Positions 12,161 to 25,030 are shown, counted from the stretch's first letter. The stretch: 64,000 nucleotides of DNA from Hydrolagus affinis (GCA_012026655.1 JAAILG010000416.1:1-64000); one strand, 5' to 3'. Notes: generated by a model from the sequence alone, not told the origin. Numbers and translations: made by a program.

Positions 12161-12831
12161 TAAAGGTCCTATGAAATTTTTTTATTTTTGCCTTGTATTG
12201 TGATTAAGTATCCATTTTATTTGTTGTTCTCTGTATTAGACAGCAAAGTACTGTAGTTAGTCTTTAAAGATATAACCAAACTCCCCAGTGTTCATCACAT
12301 CACGACTAACAAATAATTCACGGTTATCTTCCGTAAGTGGATTTGAAGAATTCAAATGAATATCAATTTGTGGTAGATTGGATCTTAGCCAAGACAAAAC
12401 AGAAGAAGAAAGCTGCAGCTATCCACAGAGCCTATTATAAAAAAAAGGTACAAATTATATTGAACTTATGGAAGCAAGAGTTAATTTGCACCAAGAATAT
12501 AAAACAGAACGTCAGAACAACATCAGATGGAAGAAAGAAACTTGGATCAAAAACACTGTGCACATCTGAAAATGGTAGGATGACCGCAAAAAGTGTTTGA
12601 TTGGCTTTGAAACTGAATTGAAATTGGAGTCATTTGTTCAAACAGAGATGAGTGAGATGAGTGTCATTCAAACTCTGCAGTGACTACTCTCCTTTGGAAA
12701 CATATTTCAGACATAATCTCAGAAATACTACTTGTTGTACCGTAAGGCCGATTAAATCCACATACTAGCACTTTTAAAAAAAAAAAAGGTATTATGAATA
12801 CCCATCCTTGCTTCAAACCAATTAGGTTTAG

Positions 12832-13120
12832 GCTTTGCATTTGATATAATGGTTTATCATGTCATTGAGATGTCTCAAAGTGCTTCGCAGGGTCTACTGC
12901 AAAGTGGATTGACTGTGTTTTGTGGGTGAAACGCGGCAGGCAGTTGCACACAACAGGCAGTTATGGAGTGAGTGACAATATTTATTTGCGGGATTACTGA
13001 CAGGGACACCGGGAGAGAAAAACTCCTATTCCTTTTTGAATACTAACATGGGAATCGAACATCACCAGAACAGGCAGAGGGGACCTTGGCTTAATGTTTC
13101 ATCCGAAGGACAGCACTTCC
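12832..13120 (-). mobile_element. Older DeuSINE-type element with Deu domain
   Basis: GACCTTGGCTTAATGTTTCATCCGAAGGACAGCAC resembles the reverse complement of the Deu-domain motif (GTCTTTCGGATGAGACGTTAAACCGAGGTC, from memory of AmnSINE1/SINE3/SacSINE1), joined to the same L2-type tail. Confidence 0.7.
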
Positions 13121-13996
13121 CACAAATGAACTCCTGCCCAGAATAGGAATGGAGGGTGAGTTTCTGTGATTCCAAAGTCCCTATGTATCAACAAACAATC
13201 ATTCCTTATCAAAACATAGGTATATCTCTTCAATCGGATTTGGCAACCAGTTATTTGGCAAACTGGCACAAGAATTATTACTGTTACATACTCCTCCATA
13301 TTTGATGAAAAGCTATAATTCTTGTGACTGATGTGGCAATGGCACTATAGCGATTAGACTGCTAGCAATAAACTGAAACCACAGATGCTCTTGTTCCACT
13401 TACATAGTTAAAAAGAGAAGATCACTGTTTTGGTTCATTTACAATAGGAAAATTAAGCTCTAGGCTATGTTTACTTCCCAACGGCAATGAATCACTGCCA
13501 GACCCAACAGGTGAACACCTAGATAATTTCAGATTATGCTGAGAAATGCAGGCATTAAGGGCATCTTAATCTATTTACAAATGGTTAATACATAATTAAC
13601 AACAGGAGAATCATTTCCCTTGAAACTGCCAGCAGAACTGGCCAGAGTCTGAGAAATCACCCAGTTTGCAGGGGGAATTTAAATTTGGGTATTTAAACAT
13701 CTTTGTTATTTTTCCCCGCAGTACAGTTAATTAAAACATATTTCCTTGTAGCTACAAAGCTGACCTTGTTTACTCCGAAGCCAAATCCCAATTTTGGCAT
13801 ATGGTGAATTAAATTAAATTTGATATTTATGCTTCTCTCAAAGAACATTGTTCACATTGTGATTGGAGATCATATTTAATCCCTCTTCTAAAAAGCTGTG
13901 AGCTTTGATTCAGTTGACAGTACTTACACCTCTGGTTGTTGCACTTATTAATTATAATGTTAATGCTCTTATTCATTATCGTTAATAATCGTGATT

Positions 13997-14131
13997 AAAT
14001 AATAATAATAATCCTCCCATTTGGTACAGCGCTTTTCATGTCTTCTAGACTTCTCAAAGCACTTCACAGAATATACTGTAAAGTGAATTGACTGTGTATT
14101 TGTGGGCGAAACGCGGCAGCCAATTGCGCAC
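13997..14131 (-). mobile_element. 5'-truncated young SINE
   Basis: Reverse complement of tail and core (GGGCGAAACGCGGCAGCCAATTGCGCAC on +). Confidence 0.85.
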
Positions 14132-14557
14132 ATTGTTAAACTAACAATTATAGCTCAACCTTGGAGCGATCGTTGTAATGGAACTGAGCGGCCTTTGGTA
14201 TATAAAAATTGTTTACTGAGAATGTAAACTATATAAAAAAAACACGTTGTTTTAAGAATGAAACAAGTCATTATGTAAGTGGTTAAAGTTAATCAATAAG
14301 GCGATGCCTGAGAACAGTTGGCAGCCAAAGATGGTTAAAACCTCCTTGAATTAATAGGAAAAAAAATCAATAAAAGGCAGAAAATGAAAGGCTGGTTGGA
14401 ACTGATGTATGAAATACTCCCAGATTCCCATTGAATACATTACTAAATACTGCGCAAAAAAAAAATTCTCTCTTCCTTTGATGGTTTAATGCTTCTCACT
14501 GCTTATTGCAATTTGCTGAATGCATTTAATAAGCCTGTCATCTCTTGGCTACAGCTG

Positions 14558-14935
14558 TTGGCTCATTATGATAGCTCTGTCATCTCTGGGTCAGGCGTTT
14601 AAGGGTTATAACCAAAATAATCATCATAATAATAATGTTTGATATAGCGCTTTATCACGTCTTCTAGACGTCTCAAAGCGCTTCACAGAATATACTGTAA
14701 AATGAATTGACTGTATATTTTGTGAGCGAAATGCAGCAGCCAATTGCACACAGCAGCGTCCCACAGTCATTCATACCTTATCTGAGCTTGTAGTGAACAT
14801 AATACTGCATTGCAGTACTCAGTTGCATTGTCAGGACTGTGTTGTTAGGGTGACATGTTCAAGCAACTTCTTGTCTATCTATCCTGGTGAGTGTGAAAGA
14901 TTCCTGTGACTATTCAGAGAGAGAAAGGAAGATTG
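14558..14935. mobile_element. Old Deu-type SINE (+) interrupted by a young SINE fragment (-, about 14615-14770)
   Basis: Decayed tRNA head (GGCTCA..ATGATAGC...GGGTT) and Deu-like body on either side of a young-SINE 3' half in opposite orientation. Confidence 0.6.
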
Positions 14936-15469
14936 CTTATGTTTCAATATGCTAAGGCATTTGAAATGCAACAGATTCATACTGCAACAATTACAACATG
15001 CATTTATATAGCGCTTTCATGCAGGGTAGCTAATATAAAGGCATAGAAATTATGGATTATTGATACTAAGGATACTTTTGCCTAAAGAATACTTTTGTAT
15101 TGTATTAGTCAATATCAATTTACATGTGTATCTGTCAGTTTAACAGTATATACTGCATGTATATGTTCAACACAGATATGCTTGTCACAATTGGGAATAA
15201 AGCATAAGCATGTGTAAAACAAATCTTACGCCATTCACAAAAGTAAAGTTGAAAACAACATTCAGTATTATTTTTATTTCTTATGGCCATGGCTGACGCT
15301 TCCTGTCAAGATGTCCTTTAAACTCATTCAGCGAGAATCATTAGGGTTCATTAGAATACATCAGGGTGTACTCAAACCTTTCTCATACAATCCCTACCAA
15401 AACAACGACGCAAATGCAGGTTAGATAGCTGGGTAAAGTGGAATGCAACAATGCGGTAGATGATCAGAC

Positions 15470-15625
15470 ATGATCTTCCTCTTTGACCGTGCTTACGGTC
15501 ACCTCTACCCTCCTCCCACCCCTCCCCTATTGCCCCCCCCATCCAGCTTGGCGTCCGGCTCGGCCACAGTGAAGCGTTCTGAGACGCTAAGCTACGTGAA
15601 GAGCATTCTTCTATTAACGCAATAA
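15470..15625 (+). mobile_element. L2 3' end fragment
   Basis: TTCCTCTTTGACCGTGCTTACGGTCACC...GTGAAGCGTTCTGAGACG; same family as 7668-7893. Confidence 0.65.
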
Positions 15626-16324
15626 TAAATGGAGACGATGGAGAAAGCAGATCTTTATTTGCTCTACCGGGTCTGGCCTCCTCCTTGTCTCCCCAATCCT
15701 CCTTTGGTGGCCGTGCCTATGTTCTGTGAAGCGCTTTGGGACATTGATAAGATGTGGAAAGCGCTATATCAAATGCAAGGATTATTATTATATTATATTA
15801 CTGTTAAATTGCACGGCGCTTTCAGTGATTTGATTTTACTCTGATTTTTGGTTGATTGTTCAAGATGAGGTTACTACACTTCGAATCGCCCTCACTTTAA
15901 TTGTGGGGGAATTTCTCTTCACTGTTCGCTTCCCTTGCCCCCTACCCACAGCGCCATCTAACATCATCCTCTAACCCAGGCTGTTCCTCGGTAACAATAC
16001 ACATCTCTCTAACCGACCGATAGTGATGAGCAGGGAGCAGCACAAGCTCATTTTCCAGCTTGCTTTTCTCTTTGTTTTGTTCTTGATTTGATTTGTTCAA
16101 GTAGTTAACATTCCTGGGCTTTAAATTACATTAGCGGTGGGCACTTATAGAATCATAGAAATTTCGAGCACAGAATGGAAGCCATTCGACCCATTGAATC
16201 TGGATAGTTTCTGAAAGCAATGTTACTGAAAGCAATCATTCAATCTTACTGCCCTGCCTTAAGCCCAAACCCTTTTAAGCCACTACTTTTCACAGAACAT
16301 GGTGAGTCCATAGACCACATTCTA

Positions 16325-16515
16325 AGTTTTAAGATGAAGGCACTGTCGAAAAGGAGGGTCTCTAGTTGGGCCTTGAATGAGACAAGGGAGGAACCAAGGC
16401 GAAGGGATTGTGAGATGGAGTTCCAAAGGGTTGGGGCATGGAGACTGAAAGACCGGCCGCCGATGGTAGGGTGGGGGTAATGGGGTCACGGAGCCTGGTG
16501 CGGGAGGGGACATGA
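16325..16515 (-). mobile_element. L2 ORF2 C-terminal fragment
   Basis: Minus-strand translation GGRSFSLHAPTLWNSISQSLRLGSSLVSFKAQLETLLFDSAF. Confidence 0.8.
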
Positions 16516-18069
16516 GCTGAAGAGTTCTGGATGATCTGCTGCTTGTGGGGGAAACAGTTGGGGAGGTGCAAATTATTCCCGTGAGGGTTGGACTGATTCC
16601 AAGCGCAACTTCTCTGCAATAATGTGTTGGAGCTCGGTATTAACCTGCTGATTTCCTTCAACCTACAATACAAACCTCTGAAAACATTGCTAATTGTTTA
16701 ATTAAATCGAAGAATGGATCTTACATCATGATCTAGTGCAACAATGAAATTCACATGAAAAGGGCAACATTTTGATGGGATCATGGATTACCGTTAAAAA
16801 GTAATTTAAATACACTTAAAAATGCCTTTACCCTGTCAAAGGTAATAGATGGTGTTACCGGGAACCTTTCCTTAACCAGTGCACCTGTGATTCATAGACA
16901 AATAAAATGAGCAAGTTACGTTTGGCGAAACGTAAAGCAGTGCTCGAGTCAAAACTTGTTGCTTCTTAATAATGGCACCTGAGGTAAACCTTTATGTAAA
17001 CCTGAAACTGTGCATAAATAACAAATGGCATTGATTCCAAAGTCAAATTGCGGTCACTACAGTGAAGGGAAGTGTTTCAAGACATTCTGACGTGTGGCTT
17101 GAAACGCAAGCCACTCAGAATAGTCGCTATTGTAAAGGCCGGTTGCCACTTCCTGCTTGCTCCCTTCGGTGTAAATATCTGAAAGCACTTGCTGCAGCTT
17201 TGCTTTTACGTGCACTCTGAGAATTTCTCATTGTAAATCCGCACCACCAAAGCTTCTAAAAGTTACAGGCCAATGGAGAATGCGAGCATCTTGCTGCCAA
17301 AGTAGATAAATTGGGGAGACTCTGAGAGAGACACAAAAGTTTCCATGAAAGGCGGCACTGTTGTCTCTCTCTTTCTCTCTCTCCGTCATGACCGACCTGA
17401 TTGTCTGAAAATTAGATTGTCCGGATCTATTCCTAGGAGTAAATGGTCTTATCTTAAAGGTGGCAAATATTCTGCCAAGGAGCTATCTTGTTGTCATTAT
17501 AAGGACAATGGCTGTAGGAGGCTGCAATTTTCAATAGCGGCAACTGTGGATGGCTTATTGACGTGTAACCCAGTGAAAGAACTTCGAAAATGCAGGTCTA
17601 ATACATCTAATAAATAATCACTGATACTCTATTGTTCGAGGTGTCAGCCTAGCTCAATTGGTAGCTAGGCTGTGAGTCCTCTTACTTGCTGGTTACGTGA
17701 ACTGTGTCCCTTTTGCTACTTTTTCTCTCCCTTTCTCCTCGCAGTGCGGGTGGTAACCGACGGCAAGAATGTATAATCTCTGGAACAGGTGCAGTAGGTT
17801 TTAAATTGTTCTTCGAGCTGAGGCCTGGATGCGCTGCTTTGCGGCATGTAGTCTTCTTGCCGTTTCATTTATTGGTCAGCTTTCTGTTTCGGTACGAAAG
17901 CTTTTGATCTCACAATACCGAACCGAGGGTTCAATGCAAACTCGGTAAGGATGGGTAAGGAAATCACCCCTGATTCACTCTAGCTATAGATTCCCCAGGC
18001 AAACAGTGCTTTCAGCAGTGCTTCCTCTGTAAATATATTTCAACTACAACAACAGCTTGCGTTTATATT

Positions 18070-18379
18070 AAGTCCTATCGTTCAGTGGTTAGAGCACTTA
18101 CCTTGTAAGCGAGAGACCTGGGTTTGATTCCAGACAGGGCAAAACCTTGGGCAAGTTTCCTTACTCCACATGCCTGATAATAATCCCTAAAAAAAATACA
18201 CTGAATTGGTTATTTGAACCCACGACTGTTTCTTGGACGCTGCTGTAACGCAATTGGCTCCTGCGTTTCGCCCACAAATGTACAGTCAATTCACTTTACA
18301 GTATATTCTGTGAAGCGCTTTGAGACGTCTAGAAGATGTGAAAAGCGCTATATCAAATACAAGGATTATTATTATTATT
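18070..18379 (+). mobile_element. Full-length young tRNA-SINE, inserted into an older L2-type tail
   Basis: TCAGTGGTTAGAGC A box, GGTTTGATTCC B box, same core and (ATT)n tail as the other copies. Confidence 0.9.
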
Positions 18380-19353
18380 GTATAGCACCTTTCATGCAGG
18401 GTAGCCTCATATATATTCTGAGCTTCACAATTGTAACTAAGGCAAACTTTCAATCGCACTGTGTCAGATTCAAAGCATGAAACATTTCATTGTCATCTTA
18501 GTTCACAAGATCACAAGCTCGGTTTCGATAATGAAGGCCCTTCAGCCCATTTGATGTTCTCGTTCGATAAACCCTCCCACCCCCACCGCAAGATCAATGG
18601 TGATTGTCTGACAAATGAGTTTGGAGGATGTGCTTTATATAGGAAAGGGGTTCAGTATATTTCGGTCTTTTTTTTTATCTTAGTGGTAACCATGAATTTA
18701 AATACATCACAAAGGATAAATACAAAGAAATACTATTTTAGCTTTGTTGCCAGATATCACTGCAAGGTGGAAATCAAAGGCTTTTTTTGCAAATGACACC
18801 AATGTTTCCCAAATCCAATATTAATTGTTATTGAAATTACCTGTGGTTTTCAAACAAGGTGATGAATCATTCAGCGGACATTATGTTGAGTGCTTTTTAT
18901 TTTTTTATTTTATATGACCTCTTAAATGTTGTAATGCAAATCAGGGCTTCCTACAAGCAGGCACAAAGTACCATCCGTCTATTAATTAATGTTATTCGTG
19001 ATAATTGATCAGGGTAGTTTCCATTTAAAATATTTAAGATCAGATGTGGGCATTCTGAAAGCTATGATTATTCCGAACAATTTTTTCTATTCATGTCTCT
19101 GGACTTACATTTAGATAAAATGCTGAAACAAAGGTAGATAATGGCCTTATTCAAATTGAATGAACTGAAGACGATCAGCTTCAGACCTGTTATGTTTTTT
19201 TTCTGGGAGCTAAATCTCGCACCTGTTATTAAATGTCACTTCAGTTTCATTTTAGATCATTATCTTTCCTTTCCTGGCGTGATTCGACATTCTTACTCAC
19301 ACGGGAAAATATACAGGAGGAAAATGGTGATGTGAACCAAAAAAGCTAGCCTT

Positions 19354-19818
19354 TAATAATAATCTTGATTTTTGACATAGCACCTTTCACATTAAGAAGG
19401 GCATCTCAAAGCACTTTACAGGATTCCTTTTTTTTACCGGAAGAGAAGTAGAGACCTTGTAGGCCAATGCGGCAGCCAATTTAGGAACAGTGATGTTCCA
19501 TAAGCAGGCAATGAAGTGAAAGAACAATTTTATTTCCAGATTTGTCGACCAAGACATCAGGAGAAAATCTCTTCTCTTTATGAATAGTGTCCTGGGACAA
19601 CTTACAGTCCAACTGAATGAGCACCTTGGTTTAATTTCATCATCCAAACAATGGCATCTCCAGCACACTGTAGTGTTGGCCTCGTCCAACCTCAAAGTCC
19701 ACGCTCACTGGGGACGCTACCCTGCATGAAGGGCTATATATAAATGCAAGTTGATGTTGATGTGGGGCTTGAACCTACAACTTTCTGACTCAGAAGCCAG
19801 ATTGCTGGCAAGCTGACA
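19354..19818 (-). mobile_element. Near-full-length old DeuSINE with a nested short insertion (+, about 19704-19762)
   Basis: Tail, GCGGCAGCCAATTT core, CCTTGGTTTAATTTCATCATCCAAA Deu motif, and TGGGGCTTGAACCTACAACTTTCTGACTC (reverse tRNA B box). Confidence 0.7.
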
Positions 19819-22800
19819 ACAAACAACGACAACAAAATTACATTTATAGAGCGCCTTTCATGTTGGGAGGATGCCCCAATGCTCCGACACGTTCAAATTA
19901 AGACAGGATGTTAATCGTTACAGCTTAAAGGTGCTTAAAACCTTTTTTTCATTCTAAAACTCATTATAACCACCACTTTCTGCAAATATTCTCTTTAAAC
20001 TGGTCTCCATAGCAGCTACCAGGCTTGGCTATATTTTTCTCATTCCATGGATCTAACTCAGGCTAAACCTTTGAATGTCAGTATGCATGAAAAATACGGC
20101 CTCTCAAATCAAATAAAAATCTGTTTGTATATCTATCCAAACTTAAAAAAGGATTCATAGAATTTATCGTGTGTACTTAGTTCGTTGGAGATTTGCTGGT
20201 GGCTGCTCATTTACAACATGTCAGAAGGTTTCAATAGCTTTAAATCAATCTTATCTTCTTATCTTTTCCATTGGACACAAATGGTAATTGCCCTTATTAC
20301 ACTCAAGGGACTGGAGAGAGTCATTGACTTAGATTTCAGAATCCCCAATAAAACTGTTTCTTGAATTGTAGCGGTAAAGGACAAAACCCAGATGAATACT
20401 CTCTGATCTTGAACACAGAAAGCAATTTACGAGGTAATGATACTTCTACAATGAAAACTGGCAACAACTTGTGGAAAAAAGGCGCCTCTGTTGCTATCTT
20501 ATTCCTTTGAAACCGTTTAGAGAACAGCGAAATGCAAAATATAATATTGCAACAGCAAAAGAGAATCACATTTCATTGCTTTCAGAGGGTGTAAAATAAC
20601 TTGGGCAAAACTTTGCCGCGTATCTTTTCAAAAACTTAAGTACTGCACTGTGTGTTTCCCTAATTTAGATATTTGATTATGTTCCCTTTGTGCTCTAGGC
20701 CATGAACATAAAGCAAAGACATTTTAATACGCAATTTGATTGTACACAAATAACAGTATTTCGGTACTTGTCTAACGTGATTGTGTTTCTAAATCTTCTA
20801 TGACTGTGTGAAAATTAACACTGGGAATAGTCTTTAAAAGTAACCAAGGTAACAGATTTTAACCTGGGTCTCCTAAACATCAAAATATTATAATTCTTAT
20901 TTTATGCACTAGAATTATTTATGGAACCAAAATAGGGTGAAAATAGCCGAGTCTGTAACTTATATTTCTACATTTCTTTCTGTGATTTCTACAGCCTTTT
21001 GATCCTTGGATGTAGCACTTTGCACTCATATTCTCTGTCAGACAGTTATGAATACTGATGTGTTAAGAGATGGATTGAAACTCCAAAGCATTTATGAAAC
21101 AACTTCAGTGTCCCTCACTAATGCTGATAGCTTTTTCTCTTCAATGCTAACTCTACTGCTCATCTCCAAACAGCCCCTCAAATAACTGGATCAAACCTGA
21201 TTGCAAGGTTGTTGAGAATCACCATCCTTGTATATAAATATATATTTATATATATATACACATACTCGGTTAAGGCATGAATATGTATTAGGAAAGCAAT
21301 GATCCCCGCAGCAGACAAATTATTGGTAATGATGCAGCCCATTTGTGAAGTGTGCTCGTATATGTTTATCAGTCACCAAAACCAACTGGATGATGAAGTA
21401 TTCAGTAGCCCCCGCTAGCCTAGAGCAGGAACGAGTTAGCCTGATTAGGGAGGTTTATTAACCAGGCGGATTTGACTCTGCATCAAATTCATTAAGGAAA
21501 TGAAAGCTGAAAGCATCTTTGGACCCAAGGCTCACGTGAAACCCGGTGGTCAGAGACCGTTGAAGATAAAAATAGAACCACAGAACCAGTCAGAACGTGA
21601 GACTAATAAAATACAAACTGAGAATTAAAATACGAAATAGCAACTTCAGAACCTAACCCGCCTAACAAGGTGTAACAGGGAATACGCTAAAATACAAGTA
21701 ACCAATGGCACAGAGAAGTTAGGTGAGTTAGGAATGTCAGTTGCGAGATTGTTAAGTTCAATGCTTGGAAATCACAAGATTGTATCACAGCATCACGCTT
21801 CCCATCACAGTCTTTCCATCATAATAGCATCAAAAACTGTTTTCTAATGTGTCCCAGTGTCCTGGCCTCAACTACTCTTGCTGACAATGTGTTCTCATTG
21901 TTAATTACCGTCTGGGTACAGACAGTATCTGTCTTGAAATTGCCTCTTGCAACTGTAAACCCCGTGTTACTTTGTGTTGGTTGATTATTACATTTATTTT
22001 TAACAGGAAGTGTGTTGAGGCATTAAAATATTCCTGTTGTGTTTGCTGGATGGAAAAAATCCTCAGAAATACCCTTTCCCTGTAGTGATCTCCAAGATCT
22101 TGATTGATCAAGTTAATATGGATAATCTGAACAATATCACTCGGAAAATAGCATTTGAATCAGTAGTACAAATATGCAGAGGTTAAAAAAAATCTAAGTC
22201 CTCCTACCTCTGTGAATAAATGAAAGCATATGAAACACTACTACCTAATAAATAACATCTGAACAGTATTCCCCAAACTATTTCCTTTGGTGCAATAAAT
22301 ATTTTTTTTAGAACAACATTGCATGATATATTATTAGTTACAATTATGAAGGTGGTGATTTGCACTGTGCTGAGCAGAAAAGCTTTCAAAAGAATGGGCT
22401 GCAAATCCCTGACCAATCTTATTAGCAATACAACATACTGACAAACATGGGATGCATTTCCGCTGCATTTGAATTAACTAAACGGATTCTCCAATGCAGA
22501 GCGCAGTTTTGCGATCTGCGTCAATGGCTTGATGATTGAATGGCGTGGTTTGATTCAAGAAGGTCTCTACAAAATAAAAAAGGCAAGCAGCAACTCACTT
22601 ACGGGGCTAAGAAGCGCATTGTGCAAATGTCTCACTTTCAGATATTTATCTGCCGTACATACATAATAGGATATTTTTATATACTTGAAGTAATAAAAAA
22701 AAATTGGAGTTGAGGTATAGTTCCACCGTGATCTAATAGAGTGATGGAACAGGCTCGAGGAACTGAATTGTCTACTCCTATGTTCGTACAATAGTTACCC

Positions 22801-22974
22801 CGAGATTTGTGCAGAGTTGGCGAGGACTTGACAGGATGTACAACTCCCGAAACCTAATAGAAACAATCACACCTAGAAAACGTTACTCAATGCTTGTCAT
22901 GAACAAAATTTACATTTGACACACAACTCTGCAGAGATGCAGTTTCAATTTAAAGTACCGGTACTTACTTCATA

Positions 22975-23160
22975 AACAAGGGATTGAGTTGCTCTTTTCA
23001 AAGAGCCGGCACAGACTAGATAGGCCGAATGGCTTCTTTTTGTGCCATAAAATTCTAGGATTCTATGATTCTATGATACAGTACATTCTATGAAGCGCTT
23101 GGAGACATCTAGAAGATTTGAAAAGCGCTATATAAAATGCAAGAATTAGTATTATATTAT
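22975..23160 (+). mobile_element. CR1-type tail with (ATTCTATG)n repeat followed by a SINE tail
   Basis: AGAGCCGGCACAGAC..GATAGGCCGAATGGC...ATTCTAGGATTCTATGATTCTATGAT. Homologous minus-strand copies at about 2408-2560, 16147-16270 and 37380-37520. Confidence 0.7.
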
Positions 23161-23622
23161 AAACCTTCCCAGTGCCTTGGGACATCCTCCAGACATGAAA
23201 GGGTTATGCAAATGTAATTTTTGTTGATGTACCAACCATGTCATTTAACTACAAGCGTAGACTTCTGTTGCTTAACACGAATAAAAGGCATTCAGGAAGA
23301 TCCTCGCAGATGCCAATCCCCATTAAATGTAATGCGATCTGGATGTGATAAAAGCCAACACATGTAACACAATGGTTTCAAACAGGTTCAGTTTCTATTT
23401 AAACCTGACTGAACCCTTCATGGCTTGACATTTGCTCAGTTCCACTTTAAAGCGACAACCAATGGTTACCCATTTGGCTTAGGCAGGTTTAGAGTTTTCT
23501 ACTGTAGGTCGGCTGGTTTGTTGTACAATGGTGGAATAAAATTTACAGCAGATTTAACACTTATTTGGTGGGTCATCCTCCCAATATGAAAGATGCTGTA
23601 AGGTGTACATCGTATTGTATTC

Positions 23623-23937
23623 GTGGAGTTCTGTGGCTCAGTGGTTAGAGCACTCGCCTTACAAGCGTGAGACCTGTGTTTGATTCCAGGCAGGTCAGGG
23701 TGAAACCTTGGGCAAGTTTCCTTACTCCACACGCCTAATCATAATCCGTCCCCCTAAAAAAATTGGTAATTTCAATCCACGACTGCTTGTGGGGACACTG
23801 CGCAATTGGCTGCAGCGTTCGCCCACAAATATACAGTCACTTCATTTTACAGTATATTCTGTGAAGCTCTTTGAGACAGCTGGAGGATGTGAAAAGTGCT
23901 ATATCAAATAGAAGGATTATTATTAGTATTATTATTA
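23623..23937 (+). mobile_element. Full-length young tRNA-SINE
   Basis: GTGGAGTTCTGTGGCTCAGTGGTTAGAGCACTCGCCTTACAAGCGTGAGACC...GGATTATTATT. Confidence 0.9.
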
Positions 23938-24332
23938 ATGTTGTATCATATGGTAAGTAAGTTATTTTAAGGTGCTCTTATGTAGCGTGACGTGAGCTGG
24001 GCTCCAATCTTTCGGTATGTCAGTAGCAGAGTAGCATCCAGAATACCAAAACGCAGGATGTCACATGGCTGCTTTATAGATCTTGAATGAACATTAAGGG
24101 AGCCGGCAAATATATTAAAGACAGATAATAAAAATAAATCAACAGTCAATCCCTGCTTCGATGACATTCCCGCTGTGCACCATTCAGATTCATTTTATTT
24201 CTCTTCAAAAATAAACAGATTATTACGGAAGGAAATAAAGAAAAAATATATTTGAGCGAAATACTTTCTAATAACAAGTTAAGTGCTGGGAAACAGGACC
24301 ATTCATATTATTGCCTGCGTGAATACAACTAA

Positions 24333-24348
24333 CCAGTAGATGGCAACA
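24333..24348 (+). promoter_or_regulatory. Candidate CTCF site
   Basis: CCAGTAGATGGCAACA versus CTCF core CCASYAGRKGGCRSY; motif match only. Confidence 0.5.
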
Positions 24349-24587
24349 ATACACATGCTTTTTTGCACCTCGGAATAAAAAGATAAGAGCAATTTGTTTC
24401 TCAAGAAAAATTATATGGCGCCCTTTTCACGAGAGTAACATCACAGAGACATTGGGAGGGAATGTTGAGCAGAGAGGGAGGAGGGAGGTAACCAGAGACA
24501 CAGTTAAAGAGGTGGTCTTTAGGTAGCTTTTGAAGATACTGTACAGTAGTTGGATGGATGAATGGATGGACAGGCCAGCAGACAGGA

Positions 24588-25030
24588 TAATAATAATAAT
24601 CTTTACATTTATATAGTGCTTTCCACGTCTTATCGACGTCTCAAAGCGCTTCACAGAATACAACAATGTCCCAAGGTTGGGACCAGAGCAGGATGGGAGG
24701 GAGAAGACAAGAGGGAAGAAAGGGGGGAGAAGAGGTAGGGACCAGAGCGGGGAGGGAAGGGTCATGGTTGGGGGAAGGAAAGTAGGATGCATGGATAGAG
24801 AAGGGAGCAAGACAAAAGGGGGTGGGGGTGGGAGCGGGATTTTAGAGGGTGGGCGCATACCCGCTGAAGGCCGATGGAAAGGACAGAGGGGACATTTTCA
24901 GGGCGATGGGAGTGAGTATCGGGGGTCGAGAAAAGTAATGCTGGAGCTGATCAGAGAGGTAGGGAGGTGTGAGGGTGTGAATTATGTGGCAGCAGGGGTC
25001 CTGCTGTACTTGGAAACGTGTGACTCTCGG
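24588..25030 (-). mobile_element. L2-like 3' fragment ending in the same tail as the young SINE
   Basis: Degenerate HTLTPPYLSDQLQHY (L2 GLAPPYLSDLL..Y motif), C/T-rich 3'UTR, then TATTCTGTGAAGCGCTTTGAGACGTCGATAAGACGTGGAAAGCACTATATAAATGTAAAG(ATT)n. Confidence 0.7.

Noticed and set aside
18214-18480. Recurrent small ORFs sharing [12 protein letters not shown] / [12 protein letters not shown] text, suggestive of a peptide family
   Set aside because: Chance translations of SINE copies; frames, starts and stops differ among copies.
23623-23695. tRNA-Val(TAC)-like gene (also at 8941, 18070, 27680, 38579)
   Set aside because: These are SINE heads: divergent between copies, with imperfect stems, and always fused to the SINE body.
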